A DNA stretch of 32,000 nucleotides, from positions 9,027 through 41,026 of the forward strand of contig CAWGDD010000012.1 of the NCBI GenBank assembly GCA_963821285.1. Reading direction: 5' to 3'. Below are positions 31,592-32,000 of the stretch, piece by piece. Within the stretch, counting starts at the first letter, position 1. Each line of letters starts with the position of its first letter. The translations under genes were made by a program, and so were the position numbers. The notes beneath the pieces are model-generated. The model saw only the letters and a program-made list of their open reading frames with translations. It made no database searches and had not been told where the DNA came from. Source of the DNA: an uncultured Acidobacteriota bacterium. GTDB taxonomy: Bacteria; Acidobacteriota; Vicinamibacteria; Vicinamibacterales; CAVVIG01.

Positions 31592-32000
31592 CTACAGCGA
31601 CATTCGTGCGGGGCTGGAGCGCTGCGTCAAGCCCTCGGTATGCTGGAACGGCGGCAGCGCATGGCGGACGCTCTGATCCTTCGTGCCGGGAACCAGGCCG
31701 GCGTTCTCGCAGGGCGTCGCATCCAGGTAGATCAGATTGAGGCGGTACAGCAGCCCCTCGAGGAAGCGGCCATCGTCCACGAGCGGCCGCAGCGGGACCG
31801 ACGAGACCGATACCACCTGCGGGCAGTCTTCCCTGACGGACAGCCAGTCGTAGAGCCGCATCTGCTGACCCAGGCTCATCATGGCCACGTCGGCCAGGAC
31901 GAGCGTGCCGCCTTTGACCTCGGTCAGGTCCAGCAGGCCCGGCAGCGCCACCATGTGAAACGGCGGCTCGCAGTACGAAACGATGTGCCGGACGGCGGCT
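31592..32000 (-). CDS. partial protein with a degenerate sigma-54-interaction (AAA+) like domain lacking the GAFTGA loop; N-terminus outside window
   Basis: The frame is open to the window end. ...AAVRHIVSYCEPPFHMVALPGLLDLTEVKGGTLVLADVAMMSLGQQMRLYDWL...GRFLEGLLYRLNLIYLD aligns by eye with the regulator at 306..1700 (PYVPINCAA...GGTIFLDEIAEMTPPTQVKLLRVL...GRLREDLFYRLNVFAI), but the ESELFGHEKGAFTGA segment is missing. Confidence 0.4.
   Translation of the reverse strand, partial: AAVRHIVSYCEPPFHMVALPGLLDLTEVKGGTLVLADVAMMSLGQQMRLYDWLSVREDCPQVVSVSSVPLRPLVDDGRFLEGLLYRLNLIYLDATPCENAGLVPGTKDQSVRHALPPFQHTEGLTQRSSPARMSL

Noticed and set aside
1-32000. The window as a mobile genetic element, defence island or prophage
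   Set aside because: No integrase, transposase, recombinase, tRNA attachment site, phage structural genes, restriction-modification, toxin-antitoxin or known defence-system genes were recognised. Apart from the one receptor remnant, the content is housekeeping and envelope genes.

Overview
High-GC bacterial chromosomal segment. The gene content (remnant of an Acidobacteria-type TonB-dependent receptor, a DUF6152-like protein, many exported proteins) suggests Acidobacteriota, but that is inference only. I support about 25 protein-coding genes and found no rRNA, tRNA, CRISPR, transposase, integrase or phage genes. Gene order: sensor kinase (partial) and NtrC-type sigma-54 regulator; OmpA-like lipoprotein; RodZ-like HTH membrane protein divergent from class A PBP; MASE1-GAF-PAS-GGDEF cyclase; a three-gene exported-protein operon; cyclase/formamidase-family protein; class-III aminotransferase with an extra C-terminal domain; TonB-receptor 3' remnant; PEP-mutase/isocitrate-lyase-family enzyme; di-haem cytochrome c peroxidase; DinB-like protein; long transketolase-like enzyme; two small unknown proteins; S8 protease; MgtC/DUF4010 membrane protein; PEP carboxylase divergent from phosphofructokinase; ABC-2 exporter pair; and a partial degenerate AAA+ regulator. 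Two things stand out. (1) Almost every intergenic gap holds an array of tandem 7-9 nt units, usually two arms in inverted orientation that can form a long imperfect hairpin. Unit sequences differ between loci but the architecture recurs. Two further arrays (periods 9 and 24 nt) sit in frame inside enzyme genes. There are 14 loci in 32 kb. This is the best candidate for something undescribed. (2) Five single-nucleotide frame breaks cluster in three conserved genes (S8 protease, ppc x3, pfk) between 21.5 and 28.3 kb. This is most simply assembly or sequencing error, but it needs checking. I could run no database search or folding calculation. All family names come from motif recognition by eye.
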